In this document: piece by piece, positions 39,936 to 48,446 of the stretch
How the letters are laid out: each line of letters begins with the position of its first letter
Position numbering within the stretch: position 1 is the stretch's first letter
Assembly: GCA_050293315.1 (NCBI GenBank)
Contig: JBNKMS010000016.1
Coordinates: forward strand, 12-64,011
Length of the DNA: 64,000 nt
Reading direction: 5' to 3'
Source: Sedimenticolaceae bacterium
GTDB lineage: Bacteria > Pseudomonadota > Gammaproteobacteria > Chromatiales > Chromatiaceae
The notes under the pieces: model-generated
Database searches by the model: none
Told to the model about the DNA's origin: nothing
What the model saw: only the letters and a program-made list of their open reading frames with translations
Position numbers and translations under genes: made by a program

Positions 39936-41504
39936 TCACCGCACATTCGCCCTATCTATATGCACAGCATACAGCCGTAACTGCTTGCTACTGGTCAACC
40001 CGCCGATGTGGGTACCTACTCTGATCGTCTCACCCGGCCTGATTACGCCACGCACCAATTGACTGCGGGCCTGACGTAAGCCACTACCGGATCTTAACCC
40101 GATGATAAAGCGGACATTTGTAACCGGCAATGAAGAGACATTTTTTATGTGAACAAATACCCTACCACTCCTATCCAGACTTAGACCACTTTTTAGATAA
40201 CGGCTGGGATCATCAGCCAACCCTAGACGGGCCAGGGCAGCAGCTGCCTTGGCACCAGTTGATGAGCGCGACCCAGCCGCCTTGCTAAGATATGCCCTGG
40301 CACGATTGACGTTACCCTCCTGCACCTCCAGCATGCCCAGATGATAATAGGCCCCGACCGTTGGCAGATAGTCGATACTCTTTTGCAGATCACTGCGCGC
40401 CCCACGGATATTATGCAGCTGCAGCCGCATCTCGCCACGCCTGAGATAGTAATAGAAGAACCGATCATCCAGTTGCACCGCGCGATTGAAACTCGTAAGG
40501 GCAGAGCGATAGCTCCCCCTCTTTGCGGCAATATCCCCATTCAGACTATAAAATAGTGCCTCTCTAGACTCTCCCCTGATCGCCTTTGCCGCCAGCGCTG
40601 ATGCGCTCTTCAGATCACCCTTCTGCAGCGCCTTCTCCCCCTTGTCGTATGCGTCATAGGCCGGCTTTGATCTCTGCAACCGGGCGATCGCCCGCCGGTA
40701 ACGCGCTGCGCCGGTCTCGCCACCGGACGCCCCAAGTTGGCGCGCAAACTCCCGGTTCTTCTGCACCCGCTCCTGCGATGGAGGATGAGAGGCAAACAGG
40801 CCGCTCAGCCAGTTCTGTCGCCTCTCTTTAGACAGACGTAAAAAGGTCTCCTGTAGCGCCACTGCTGCACGCGGATCATATCCGGCCCGGGCCATATACA
40901 GCATGCCGTAGTGGTCCGCCTCTAACTCGGCACTACGTGAATATTTCTGATGGGTAAGATTGGCTGCCATAGAGGCCGCGCCCTTTGCCAGGCCGGCATA
41001 TTCACTGCCGCTCGCAGCCATACCCACAGCCATTACCGCCCCCTGTAACAACAACCCTCGCTCCATGCTTTTAGCACCATGCCGGGCTGCCGCATGGACG
41101 ATCTCATGGGCCAGGACCGCTGCCAGCTCGGCCTCACTCTTCAGCTCCACCAGCAGTCCACGGTTTACCGCGATCTTGCCGCCAGGCAGGGACCAGGCAT
41201 TAGGGGTAGAGTGGTTGAGGACAACAAATTCATACGGGAGCCTACGATCACTGACCGCGGCCAGACGTTTACCAACCTTGGTTACATAGCGCCCTAATGC
41301 CGGATCCAGACGGTAATCGCCCCCCTGCATCTGGCGGGCCAGTGGATACTGCTGCTTGCCAACACTCAACTCTGATGCCTCAGAGACCAGCCCCATCTCC
41401 TGCTCACCGGTTACGGGATTAGTCACGCAGCCTGTCAACAGCAGAGCTGCCAAGATCAAAATGAGCGACTGCACACCACAAGCACGCCAGATCTGTTTAC
41501 TCAT
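39936..41504 (-). CDS. M48-family zinc metalloprotease lipoprotein with TPR repeats
   Basis: HEIVHAAARH (HExxH), C-terminal TPR-like repeats, and lipobox LLTGC. The start is set at Met17 (GAGGG 8 nt upstream). Confidence 0.8.
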   Translation of the reverse strand: MSKQIWRACGVQSLILILAALLLTGCVTNPVTGEQEMGLVSEASELSVGKQQYPLARQMQGGDYRLDPALGRYVTKVGKRLAAVSDRRLPYEFVVLNHSTPNAWSLPGGKIAVNRGLLVELKSEAELAAVLAHEIVHAAARHGAKSMERGLLLQGAVMAVGMAASGSEYAGLAKGAASMAANLTHQKYSRSAELEADHYGMLYMARAGYDPRAAVALQETFLRLSKERRQNWLSGLFASHPPSQERVQKNREFARQLGASGGETGAARYRRAIARLQRSKPAYDAYDKGEKALQKGDLKSASALAAKAIRGESREALFYSLNGDIAAKRGSYRSALTSFNRAVQLDDRFFYYYLRRGEMRLQLHNIRGARSDLQKSIDYLPTVGAYYHLGMLEVQEGNVNRARAYLSKAAGSRSSTGAKAAAALARLGLADDPSRYLKSGLSLDRSGRVFVHIKNVSSLPVTNVRFIIGLRSGSGLRQARSQLVRGVIRPGETIRVGTHIGGLTSSKQLRLYAVHIDRANVR

Positions 41505-41625
41505 CGCAATTACCCTCTGTCGCAAGATCCTGTCTGATTTTAACGCTGTCATAATCTAGAATTCATCCGGATAACAGGAATTTAGTTCCCGTGAACCAGA
41601 GATATATTTAAAGGTACCACCAGGA

Positions 41626-42438
41626 CTACCCCTCCTGCTCCTCCTTGACCCGCTCCCAGATGGCATCCATCTCCTCCAGATCGGCCTGTTCAAGGGAGCG
41701 CCCCCTGTCGGCAAGTATCTGTTCAATAGCGCGAAAACGGCGTACAAATTTATCATTGGTGCTGCGCAGTGCACTCTCCGCATCCACCCCCGCATAACGT
41801 GCCAGGTTGACACAGGCAAACAGCAGGTCACCAATCTCGTCCTGAATTCGCTCCCGCGGCGCCTCCTGCTCCAGCTCGATCGCCACCTCCTCCAACTCCT
41901 CCTCTATCTTGGCAAATACCCCAGAGATATCCGGCCAGTCAAACCCAACCCCTGCCGCTCTCTGCTGCAACTTCTGCGCCCGGACCGTTGCCGGCAACGC
42001 CATGGCAATACCATCCAGAAGACCGGCATCTCCATTGGTGTCACCCTTGCGTTCCAACTCTTTATGCCGCTCCCAGGCCTGGCGCTGCTGCTCTACGTCC
42101 TTGATCACGTCGTCCCCAAACACATGGGGATGGCGTCGCTGCATCTTCTCGCAGACCACTGCGGCTACATCGTAAAAGTCGAACTGCCCAGCCTCAGCCG
42201 CTATCTGGGCGTGAAATACCACCTGAAACAGTAGATCCCCCAACTCCTCCAGCAACTCCGGCATGGCTTGGCGTTCGATAGCATCTGCCACCTCATACGC
42301 CTCCTCTATGGTATGGGGGGCTATGGTTTTGAAGGTCTGCTCCCGATCCCAGGGGCAGCCGCTCTGCGGATCCCGCAGCCGGCCCACTATGTCGATAAGG
42401 GTAGCAATTTGGCTGTTTTTCTCTCTCATAGACCCCAC
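41626..42438 (-). CDS. mazG: nucleoside triphosphate pyrophosphohydrolase
   Basis: 270 aa with tandem MazG domains (CPWDREQTF...EEAYEVADAI, and ELEEVAIE...EIGDLLF). Confidence 0.88.
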   Translation of the reverse strand: MGSMREKNSQIATLIDIVGRLRDPQSGCPWDREQTFKTIAPHTIEEAYEVADAIERQAMPELLEELGDLLFQVVFHAQIAAEAGQFDFYDVAAVVCEKMQRRHPHVFGDDVIKDVEQQRQAWERHKELERKGDTNGDAGLLDGIAMALPATVRAQKLQQRAAGVGFDWPDISGVFAKIEEELEEVAIELEQEAPRERIQDEIGDLLFACVNLARYAGVDAESALRSTNDKFVRRFRAIEQILADRGRSLEQADLEEMDAIWERVKEEQEG

Positions 42439-42609
42439 CTTAGAGATTATTTTCGCTATTGGCCACTTTCAGCTTGACCATGGAGTTGGTACAGGGTGTA
42501 CATTTTGATTGGATTTAGTCTAGATTTATACCGTAGCGGTACGCCAATGTACCGCCGGCCCCTCTGGGAAGATAAATCTTCTGCTTACAATAAAGTGTGA
42601 CTAAAAAAT

Positions 42610-43023
42610 ATGATAGAGGGATATACAATAGGGACGGTCTCAGCGCTATCTGGTGTCTCTGTCGATACTATTAGATTCTACGAACGCAGGGGGTTGACGG
42701 CAAAGCCGCGACGCAACGCCTCGGGCTATCGTATTTTCTCCCAGGAGATGTTGGCACGGATCTGTTTTATCAAATGGAGCCGGGACCTGGGATTCTCGCT
42801 GCAGGAGGTGGCCGAACTCATCCCGCTGTTCTTGCAGGATAGGGACGATGATGACAGAATTAAAAGTTGGTTCGATAAAAAGATCAGAGAGACCGACCTG
42901 AAGATGGCTGAGCTGACTACCAGCAGGAGGGGGCTCCAGCAGGTACTCACCACCCTTGATCGACTAGACGGAACACCGGCTGATGGCCCGTTACTATACC
43001 GTTTTGTCAACCATAGTGAATAA
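42610..43023 (+). CDS. MerR-family transcriptional regulator (no metal-binding Cys pattern)
   Basis: 137 aa. HTH YTIGTVSALSGVSVDTIRFYERRGL. It has only one Cys, located in the HTH/wing region. Confidence 0.8.
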   Translation: MIEGYTIGTVSALSGVSVDTIRFYERRGLTAKPRRNASGYRIFSQEMLARICFIKWSRDLGFSLQEVAELIPLFLQDRDDDDRIKSWFDKKIRETDLKMAELTTSRRGLQQVLTTLDRLDGTPADGPLLYRFVNHSE

Positions 43024-43040
43024 TATGCCCACATAATTCA

Positions 43041-44309
43041 ATGAACACGGATTGCATTACATCACTATTCGATGTATTTACCGCCGATGGTCCAGGCATG
43101 ATCCTGTTTGATGATGACCTAAAACTACACCGCGCCAGCCCGTCATACTCCAAAATACTCGGTTACTCTGAAGAGGAGTTACTGGAACTCAACCATAGCG
43201 ACCTAATCCATCCCGACTCCCTGGATGAATTTCATGAGCTGCTCGCGTCGGTACGCATGAGTAAGCAACCATCGGCGAAATACAGGAAGCGGCTACTACA
43301 CAAACAGGGCCACTCTGTATGCGTCAACGAAACCGTCTATCCAATTTCTGCACCCTGCACCTCATCAGAGAACTGCTTTCTCTCATTGGCGGAAGAGACA
43401 ACCTGTGATCATACGGTAGAGAGTGAACAGTGGCTGGCCACAGCGATCATTCGGACTATGACTGATGGCCTCATTGTCACCAACAGCGACTTCAGGATAG
43501 TAAAGGTCAACCAGGCTATGAGTGTAATCACCGGGTTCAGCGCCGAAGAACTCTTGGGAAAGCCGCCTATATTTCTGACCTCAGAAGATCAGAACAGCTC
43601 CTTTTTTCGAAATATGCGCATGCGCCTGAAGCAGGTTGGTAATTGGCAAGGTGAGATCCAGCATCGACGCAAAAATGGTGAGATAGTCCCGCTGTGGCTA
43701 CGGTTAGATGTGATTAAAGATGACAATGGCAGGGCGGCTTATTATGCCGGTATCTTTTCGGACATCAGCTCACAAGTCGAACTGCGTGAGAATCTGCGCC
43801 ATCTTGCCCACCATGATGCCCTGACCGATCTGCCCAACCGGCTGCTGTTTCATGATCGACTAAAGATGGCTATCCGCCGTGCAGACCGCACAGAGAGCGG
43901 AGTAGCACTACTCTTTATAGACCTGGACGGATTTAAAAAGATTAATGATGAATGCGGCCATGTCATTGGGGACGCCATATTAATAGAGGTGGCAAAACGT
44001 TTAAAGAGCGTAGTTAGGGACGAGGATACCGTTGCCCGCTTTGGTGGAGATGAATTCACCATCCTGGTGACCGGCGCCTGCCAGCAGAGCGACGCATCCG
44101 GCATCGCCATAAAAATAATGGACTCCATCAGCCAACCTATAGTGGTGCACGATAGGGAATTCTCTCTCACCGTCAGCATCGGCATAGGCATCTACCCAGA
44201 CGACGCCAGCACCCCGGATGAATTGATAATGAAGGCAGATACCGCCATGTACGATATCAAATACAGTGGCTCTAACGATTTTCTATTCTTTGATGAAGAC
44301 TACTACTAG
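43041..44309 (+). CDS. PAS-PAS-GGDEF diguanylate cyclase
   Basis: 422 aa. Two PAS-like segments are followed by RDEDTVARFGGDEF (I-site RxxD plus GGDEF). It starts 17 nt after the MerR stop. Confidence 0.85.
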   Translation: MNTDCITSLFDVFTADGPGMILFDDDLKLHRASPSYSKILGYSEEELLELNHSDLIHPDSLDEFHELLASVRMSKQPSAKYRKRLLHKQGHSVCVNETVYPISAPCTSSENCFLSLAEETTCDHTVESEQWLATAIIRTMTDGLIVTNSDFRIVKVNQAMSVITGFSAEELLGKPPIFLTSEDQNSSFFRNMRMRLKQVGNWQGEIQHRRKNGEIVPLWLRLDVIKDDNGRAAYYAGIFSDISSQVELRENLRHLAHHDALTDLPNRLLFHDRLKMAIRRADRTESGVALLFIDLDGFKKINDECGHVIGDAILIEVAKRLKSVVRDEDTVARFGGDEFTILVTGACQQSDASGIAIKIMDSISQPIVVHDREFSLTVSIGIGIYPDDASTPDELIMKADTAMYDIKYSGSNDFLFFDEDYY

Positions 44310-44392
44310 CCCCAACTATCACTTCCGTCACCGGCTCTCACTACTGTAATAGCTGTCGACGGTGGCAACCAAGGGAAAAACACTGATCTGAG

Positions 44393-46012
44393 TTACTCCA
44401 AGGGCGGGCCGGGCGGCGTCCGCGGTACATTCCGCCTGTCTCGAATTACCTTTACAGGGAGTTCCCCATGACGCTGTGCAAATTGATCAATTATCTTTTC
44501 AGATGTGAGCACAACCACGAATGAGGTTTTGGAGTGGTCACGCTTCTTCAAGTCCATTGCCAAGGCGTCAGTGGCAGATAGATCCATATATGAGACCACG
44601 CTCAGATCAAGCACAATGCTGTCGTCGCGATGGCGTTTAAGCAGGCCGCTTAACTGATCTATGGAGGCGTAAAACAGATGCCCCTCTGCGCGTATATGGA
44701 TAGCATCTCCGGCCTGATGGGTCTTAATTTCCAGCTGCGATGCGGCCAGCACAAACATCAGCACCGATAGAGCAATAGCCATAATCAGGCCGGCCTGCAA
44801 CCCAAGAAAGAGGATTGTCAGCAGCGTGAGTGCAAATACCCAAGGCTCGCCCCGCCAGGAGAAGATACGAGTGACCTCTGCCGGCTTGATCATACTGATC
44901 CCAACCAGCATCAAGGTACCACCGATAACAGCCATCGGCATGTAGGCAAGCGGACCACCCAACAGCAGTACCAACAGCAGCACACTACCGGCAGACAGGA
45001 TCCCTGCCAATGGGGTCTTGGAACCGAGTGACTGATTTAGTGCTGTCCGGTTAAAGCTTCCGGAGCCGGCAAAACTCGAAAAGAACGGGGCCAGTGTATT
45101 GGTTACCCCCTGCGCAAATACCTCTTTATCGGCGTCCACCGGCTGTTCACTACTGGCCTTCAAATCCTTCACGATCACCATGGACTGTGCAAGCCCGATC
45201 AAGGCAATGATCACGGCATCTGGCAACATGGCAAAGCCAACCAGAATATACTCCCAGTCTAATTTTGGGTGTGACAGCGGCAGTATCTGAAATGGGATAT
45301 GTCCCAACAGATCCAACTCCGTATTCACCTGACTGAAAAGACCCATCACTAGCATGCCTGCGATATACCCGCCGGCAATGGCAACCAGAATCGAGTAACG
45401 CGTGGTATAACGTTTCGCTATCAGGCCGGTTATCACCGTGATCACACCAACCACCAGACTATATGGGTTAATCAACTCGGCACCCGCAGACGCCAAAACA
45501 TAGATCTTCTCGAAGAAAAAGCGGGTATTGATCTCCGCGACCCCGAAGATACTGGTCAGAGAGGAGAGCACGAGAATAATTCCTACCCCGGTGGTGATAC
45601 CCATGATTGCGGCCGGACTTAAATATTGAAAATACTTGCCGCCACGCCCCAACCAGATAAGAAACTGGATCAGCCCGATCATCAGACTTAGCAACAGAAC
45701 ATAATCGATATATAGTGGGCTACCGCGACCGGCATAAGGCAATACAGCAATACCGATCAAGATCGCAACGGCCGTATTCGGCCCGCCCAGCATGGAGCTG
45801 GAACCGAACAGGCTGGCAAACAGCGTAACGAAAATCGCAGTATAGAGGCCATACTCAGGTGGTAAGCCCGCCAAATAGGCAAAGGTAATGCCTTGAGGTA
45901 TTACCAGCGTAGCGCCTATCAACCCGGCCGACATCTCGGTGCGCAGATCAACCGGCTGGACTTGTTTAAACGGCCACGGGAGCATCTCTGCCAACAGACG
46001 CGGAACCTTCAC
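44393..46012 (-). CDS. SulP-family anion transporter with C-terminal STAS domain
   Basis: 539 aa, polytopic, with a SulP-type N-terminus (DLRTEMSAGLIGATLVIPQGITFAYLAGLPPEYGLY) and a soluble STAS-like tail. Confidence 0.85.
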   Translation of the reverse strand: MKVPRLLAEMLPWPFKQVQPVDLRTEMSAGLIGATLVIPQGITFAYLAGLPPEYGLYTAIFVTLFASLFGSSSMLGGPNTAVAILIGIAVLPYAGRGSPLYIDYVLLLSLMIGLIQFLIWLGRGGKYFQYLSPAAIMGITTGVGIILVLSSLTSIFGVAEINTRFFFEKIYVLASAGAELINPYSLVVGVITVITGLIAKRYTTRYSILVAIAGGYIAGMLVMGLFSQVNTELDLLGHIPFQILPLSHPKLDWEYILVGFAMLPDAVIIALIGLAQSMVIVKDLKASSEQPVDADKEVFAQGVTNTLAPFFSSFAGSGSFNRTALNQSLGSKTPLAGILSAGSVLLLVLLLGGPLAYMPMAVIGGTLMLVGISMIKPAEVTRIFSWRGEPWVFALTLLTILFLGLQAGLIMAIALSVLMFVLAASQLEIKTHQAGDAIHIRAEGHLFYASIDQLSGLLKRHRDDSIVLDLSVVSYMDLSATDALAMDLKKRDHSKTSFVVVLTSEKIIDQFAQRHGELPVKVIRDRRNVPRTPPGPPLE

Positions 46013-46072
46013 CGTACCCTCGCATACAACAGAAAAGAGATTGACTGCAGATACTGGCGGGTGGTCATCTGC

Positions 46073-46900
46073 TCACCAAAACAGGCCGGAGAACAGTTCG
46101 AATAGTTTAACCAGTTTGCTGTCCCTGGGATCCCCTGGGCGAATCTGCATATTGATATATGCAGCCACATCCAGGGCCTCCTGGTGAGTAAGGGAACGAG
46201 GTTCTCCTAACGGCATGTTCGCCCAGATATAGCCACCTGCCCGCCGGACATTGTACATACCGGCACCTTTGTTATAGGAGTGCATCCCCCAGAGAGGCGG
46301 AAACGTCGCCATCCCCTGGCCATCCAGCCCATGACAGGTTGAACAGCGTGTGAGATAGATGGCCTTGCCGTTAGCCGGATTTGGATCGAAACCTGTATCG
46401 GGGAGGGTCGGCGCGCCACGTCCATGCGGCTCTTTGCCGATCACCTGACCGTAAGAGATATAGGAGATATAGGCGGCAATAGCCAGTACTTCGGGGGAGT
46501 CCTCTGGCGGCATGATGCCGTCGAGGCTATAGGCGAAACACTCGCGGATCCGCAACCCAATACCGTTACGCAGCCCGTTTTTGCTACGCCACTTAGGGTA
46601 CATCCCGGCCACGTTGAGCGGCAGGGCGTCAGGAGTGCGTCCGGCGTTGAGATGACAATTGCTACAACGCATTCCATTGCTATTGTAACGAGCACCATAT
46701 CTCCCAGTTTCGGTTATCAGGCGATACCCGAACACCACATTACTATGGTAATCATCCAGATAGTCGCGCACCAGCAGCGTCTCAACGTCGGCTTGGCCCG
46801 CCAATAGAACACTGCTGCCGAGCAGTCCCCACGCCAACAGACCAACACCTAGACACAGTCTAATCAGCCTCCTTGCTACCAAATAGGAGGAGAACAGCAT
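46073..46900 (-). CDS. periplasmic diheme c-type cytochrome, TsdA-like (thiosulfate dehydrogenase family)
   Basis: There are two CxxCH motifs (CSNCH, CSTCH). A conserved Cys in RIRECFAYSLDG lies 38 residues after the first heme His, matching my recollection of the His/Cys-ligated heme of TsdA/SoxA. A signal peptide starts at Met12 of the tracked ORF. Confidence 0.55.
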   Translation of the reverse strand: MLFSSYLVARRLIRLCLGVGLLAWGLLGSSVLLAGQADVETLLVRDYLDDYHSNVVFGYRLITETGRYGARYNSNGMRCSNCHLNAGRTPDALPLNVAGMYPKWRSKNGLRNGIGLRIRECFAYSLDGIMPPEDSPEVLAIAAYISYISYGQVIGKEPHGRGAPTLPDTGFDPNPANGKAIYLTRCSTCHGLDGQGMATFPPLWGMHSYNKGAGMYNVRRAGGYIWANMPLGEPRSLTHQEALDVAAYINMQIRPGDPRDSKLVKLFELFSGLFW

Positions 46901-47233
46901 TATTGAAGCACCTCCCTCTTCACCCAGGTACAACTATTTATTGTTATTAGTGAACAGCAGTACATCTATATACGAAACAGAAAATTAGCCTAAAGATAAC
47001 CGTTAAAGTGCCGCTAGCATATTAATAGATATCTGATCAGTTGACGAGCTTTCAGGCGCAATATTTGTGGCTGGTATGACAACACCGAGATACTGATTTT
47101 ATGACTCTAGATAATGGGTAATTTGTGTCTATACTCAGAGACATCGGGCAATCAACCGGGATGAGTTGGCGAAGGGGAGAACACAATTCCTTCCAGTCCG
47201 TTTTTTTAGCTAAATATATCCAGACATCTGCCG

Positions 47234-47267
47234 AAATATTTACCTGATAATGGGAAAATATTTACCT
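47234..47267 (+). promoter_or_regulatory. two exact AAATATTTACCT direct repeats 22 bp apart upstream of the HiPIP gene
   Basis: Exact 12-mers at 47234..47245 and 47256..47267, ending 20 nt before the HiPIP ATG. Confidence 0.5.
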
Positions 47268-47286
47268 AAATAATTGGAGTAGAGTA

Positions 47287-47577
47287 ATGAGCATCCTGAA
47301 TATCCGTACCAACCGTCGCGCCCTCCTAAAAGGGCTCCTTTCCATCCCCTTTATAGCCATCGCCAGCCGTCACGGTCGAGTCGAAGCAGAAATGCTGAGT
47401 GTAGACGACCCGGTCGCCAAGAACCTTCAATACGTTGAAGCCAGTGCTACTGCCGGACAAACCTGCGCCAACTGCAAGCTCTACGCTGGGGGTGCTGCTC
47501 CTACTGGAGGCTGCCCACTGTTCGGGGCCAAACAGGTAAAAGCTGGGGGTTGGTGTAAGTCGTGGGTAGCGAAATAG
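47287..47577 (+). CDS. high-potential iron-sulfur protein (HiPIP) with Tat signal
   Basis: 96 aa with twin-arginine NRRALLKG and Cys pattern CANC...GGCPLF...GWCKSW. Confidence 0.85.
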   Translation: MSILNIRTNRRALLKGLLSIPFIAIASRHGRVEAEMLSVDDPVAKNLQYVEASATAGQTCANCKLYAGGAAPTGGCPLFGAKQVKAGGWCKSWVAK

Positions 47578-48446
47578 TCGCACTACGACGCCGGGTACAA
47601 CATTTACACTACACCTCCCGCGCTCTTCTGCTGCTGGCACTATTGGTCTCACCGCTATTCGCAGTGGCGGAAGATGCGCTGTTGATGGGCGTTTTTCCAC
47701 GCAGAAACGCGACTGCCACCTCAAAAATATTTTCACCGCTAACAAGGTACCTGGAAGCAGAGATAGGCCGTCCAATAAAACTGATGGTGGCCAAAGATTT
47801 CCCCACCTTCTGGCAAGGTGTAGTGGAAAAGCGCTACGATATAGTCCACTACAACCAATACCATTACGTGCGCTCTGCAACCGATTATAAGGTCATCGCC
47901 TGCAATGTGGAGCAGGGCCGCGACGTCATATCAGGGGCACTCTACGTAAGACGTGATAGCGGTATCACCGATATCAACCAGCTACGTAATCACAACATCA
48001 TTTTCGGTGGTGGCAAGGGCGCTATGATGAGCTACATTGTACCCCGCTATCTGCTGATGCAGGGCGGCCTCAAGGAGTCCGACTACACAACCAGTTTTGC
48101 CAGTAATCCTCCAAACGCGGTGCTGGCGGTATACTTTAAACAGGCAGATGCCGGAGGTGCCGGTGATGTGGTATTGAACCTACCGGCAGTGACCGAGATC
48201 GCAGATCAAAATGAACTGACATATCTGGCAATAAGTAAACCGTTAAAACAGCTACCCTGGGCCGTCAAGAGAGACATGCCTGCAGCGCTACAGCAACAGA
48301 TTAAAGACCTTCTAGTACAACTTGGGAGTAGTGAACGCGGTCGGATAATTCTGAAGAGCGCACACCTGAACGGACTAAATCCAGCAACCGACAGCGACTA
48401 TGATGACGCACGCAAAATCATAGCCGCACTACCTTCAGAAAACTAG
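47562..48446 (+). CDS. PhnD-like periplasmic substrate-binding protein
   Basis: 294 aa. MGVFPRRNATATSKIFSPLTRYLEAEIGRPIKL is typical of phosphonate-type SBP folds. Only the GTG at 47562 preserves the signal peptide, and it overlaps the HiPIP gene by 16 nt. Confidence 0.65.
   Translation: MGSEIVALRRRVQHLHYTSRALLLLALLVSPLFAVAEDALLMGVFPRRNATATSKIFSPLTRYLEAEIGRPIKLMVAKDFPTFWQGVVEKRYDIVHYNQYHYVRSATDYKVIACNVEQGRDVISGALYVRRDSGITDINQLRNHNIIFGGGKGAMMSYIVPRYLLMQGGLKESDYTTSFASNPPNAVLAVYFKQADAGGAGDVVLNLPAVTEIADQNELTYLAISKPLKQLPWAVKRDMPAALQQQIKDLLVQLGSSERGRIILKSAHLNGLNPATDSDYDDARKIIAALPSEN

Noticed and set aside
42610-43023. The possibility that this MerR-family protein is a heavy-metal (Hg/Cu/Zn) sensor.
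   Set aside because: The C-terminal metal-binding Cys residues are absent. It has a single Cys, located in the N-terminal DNA-binding region.
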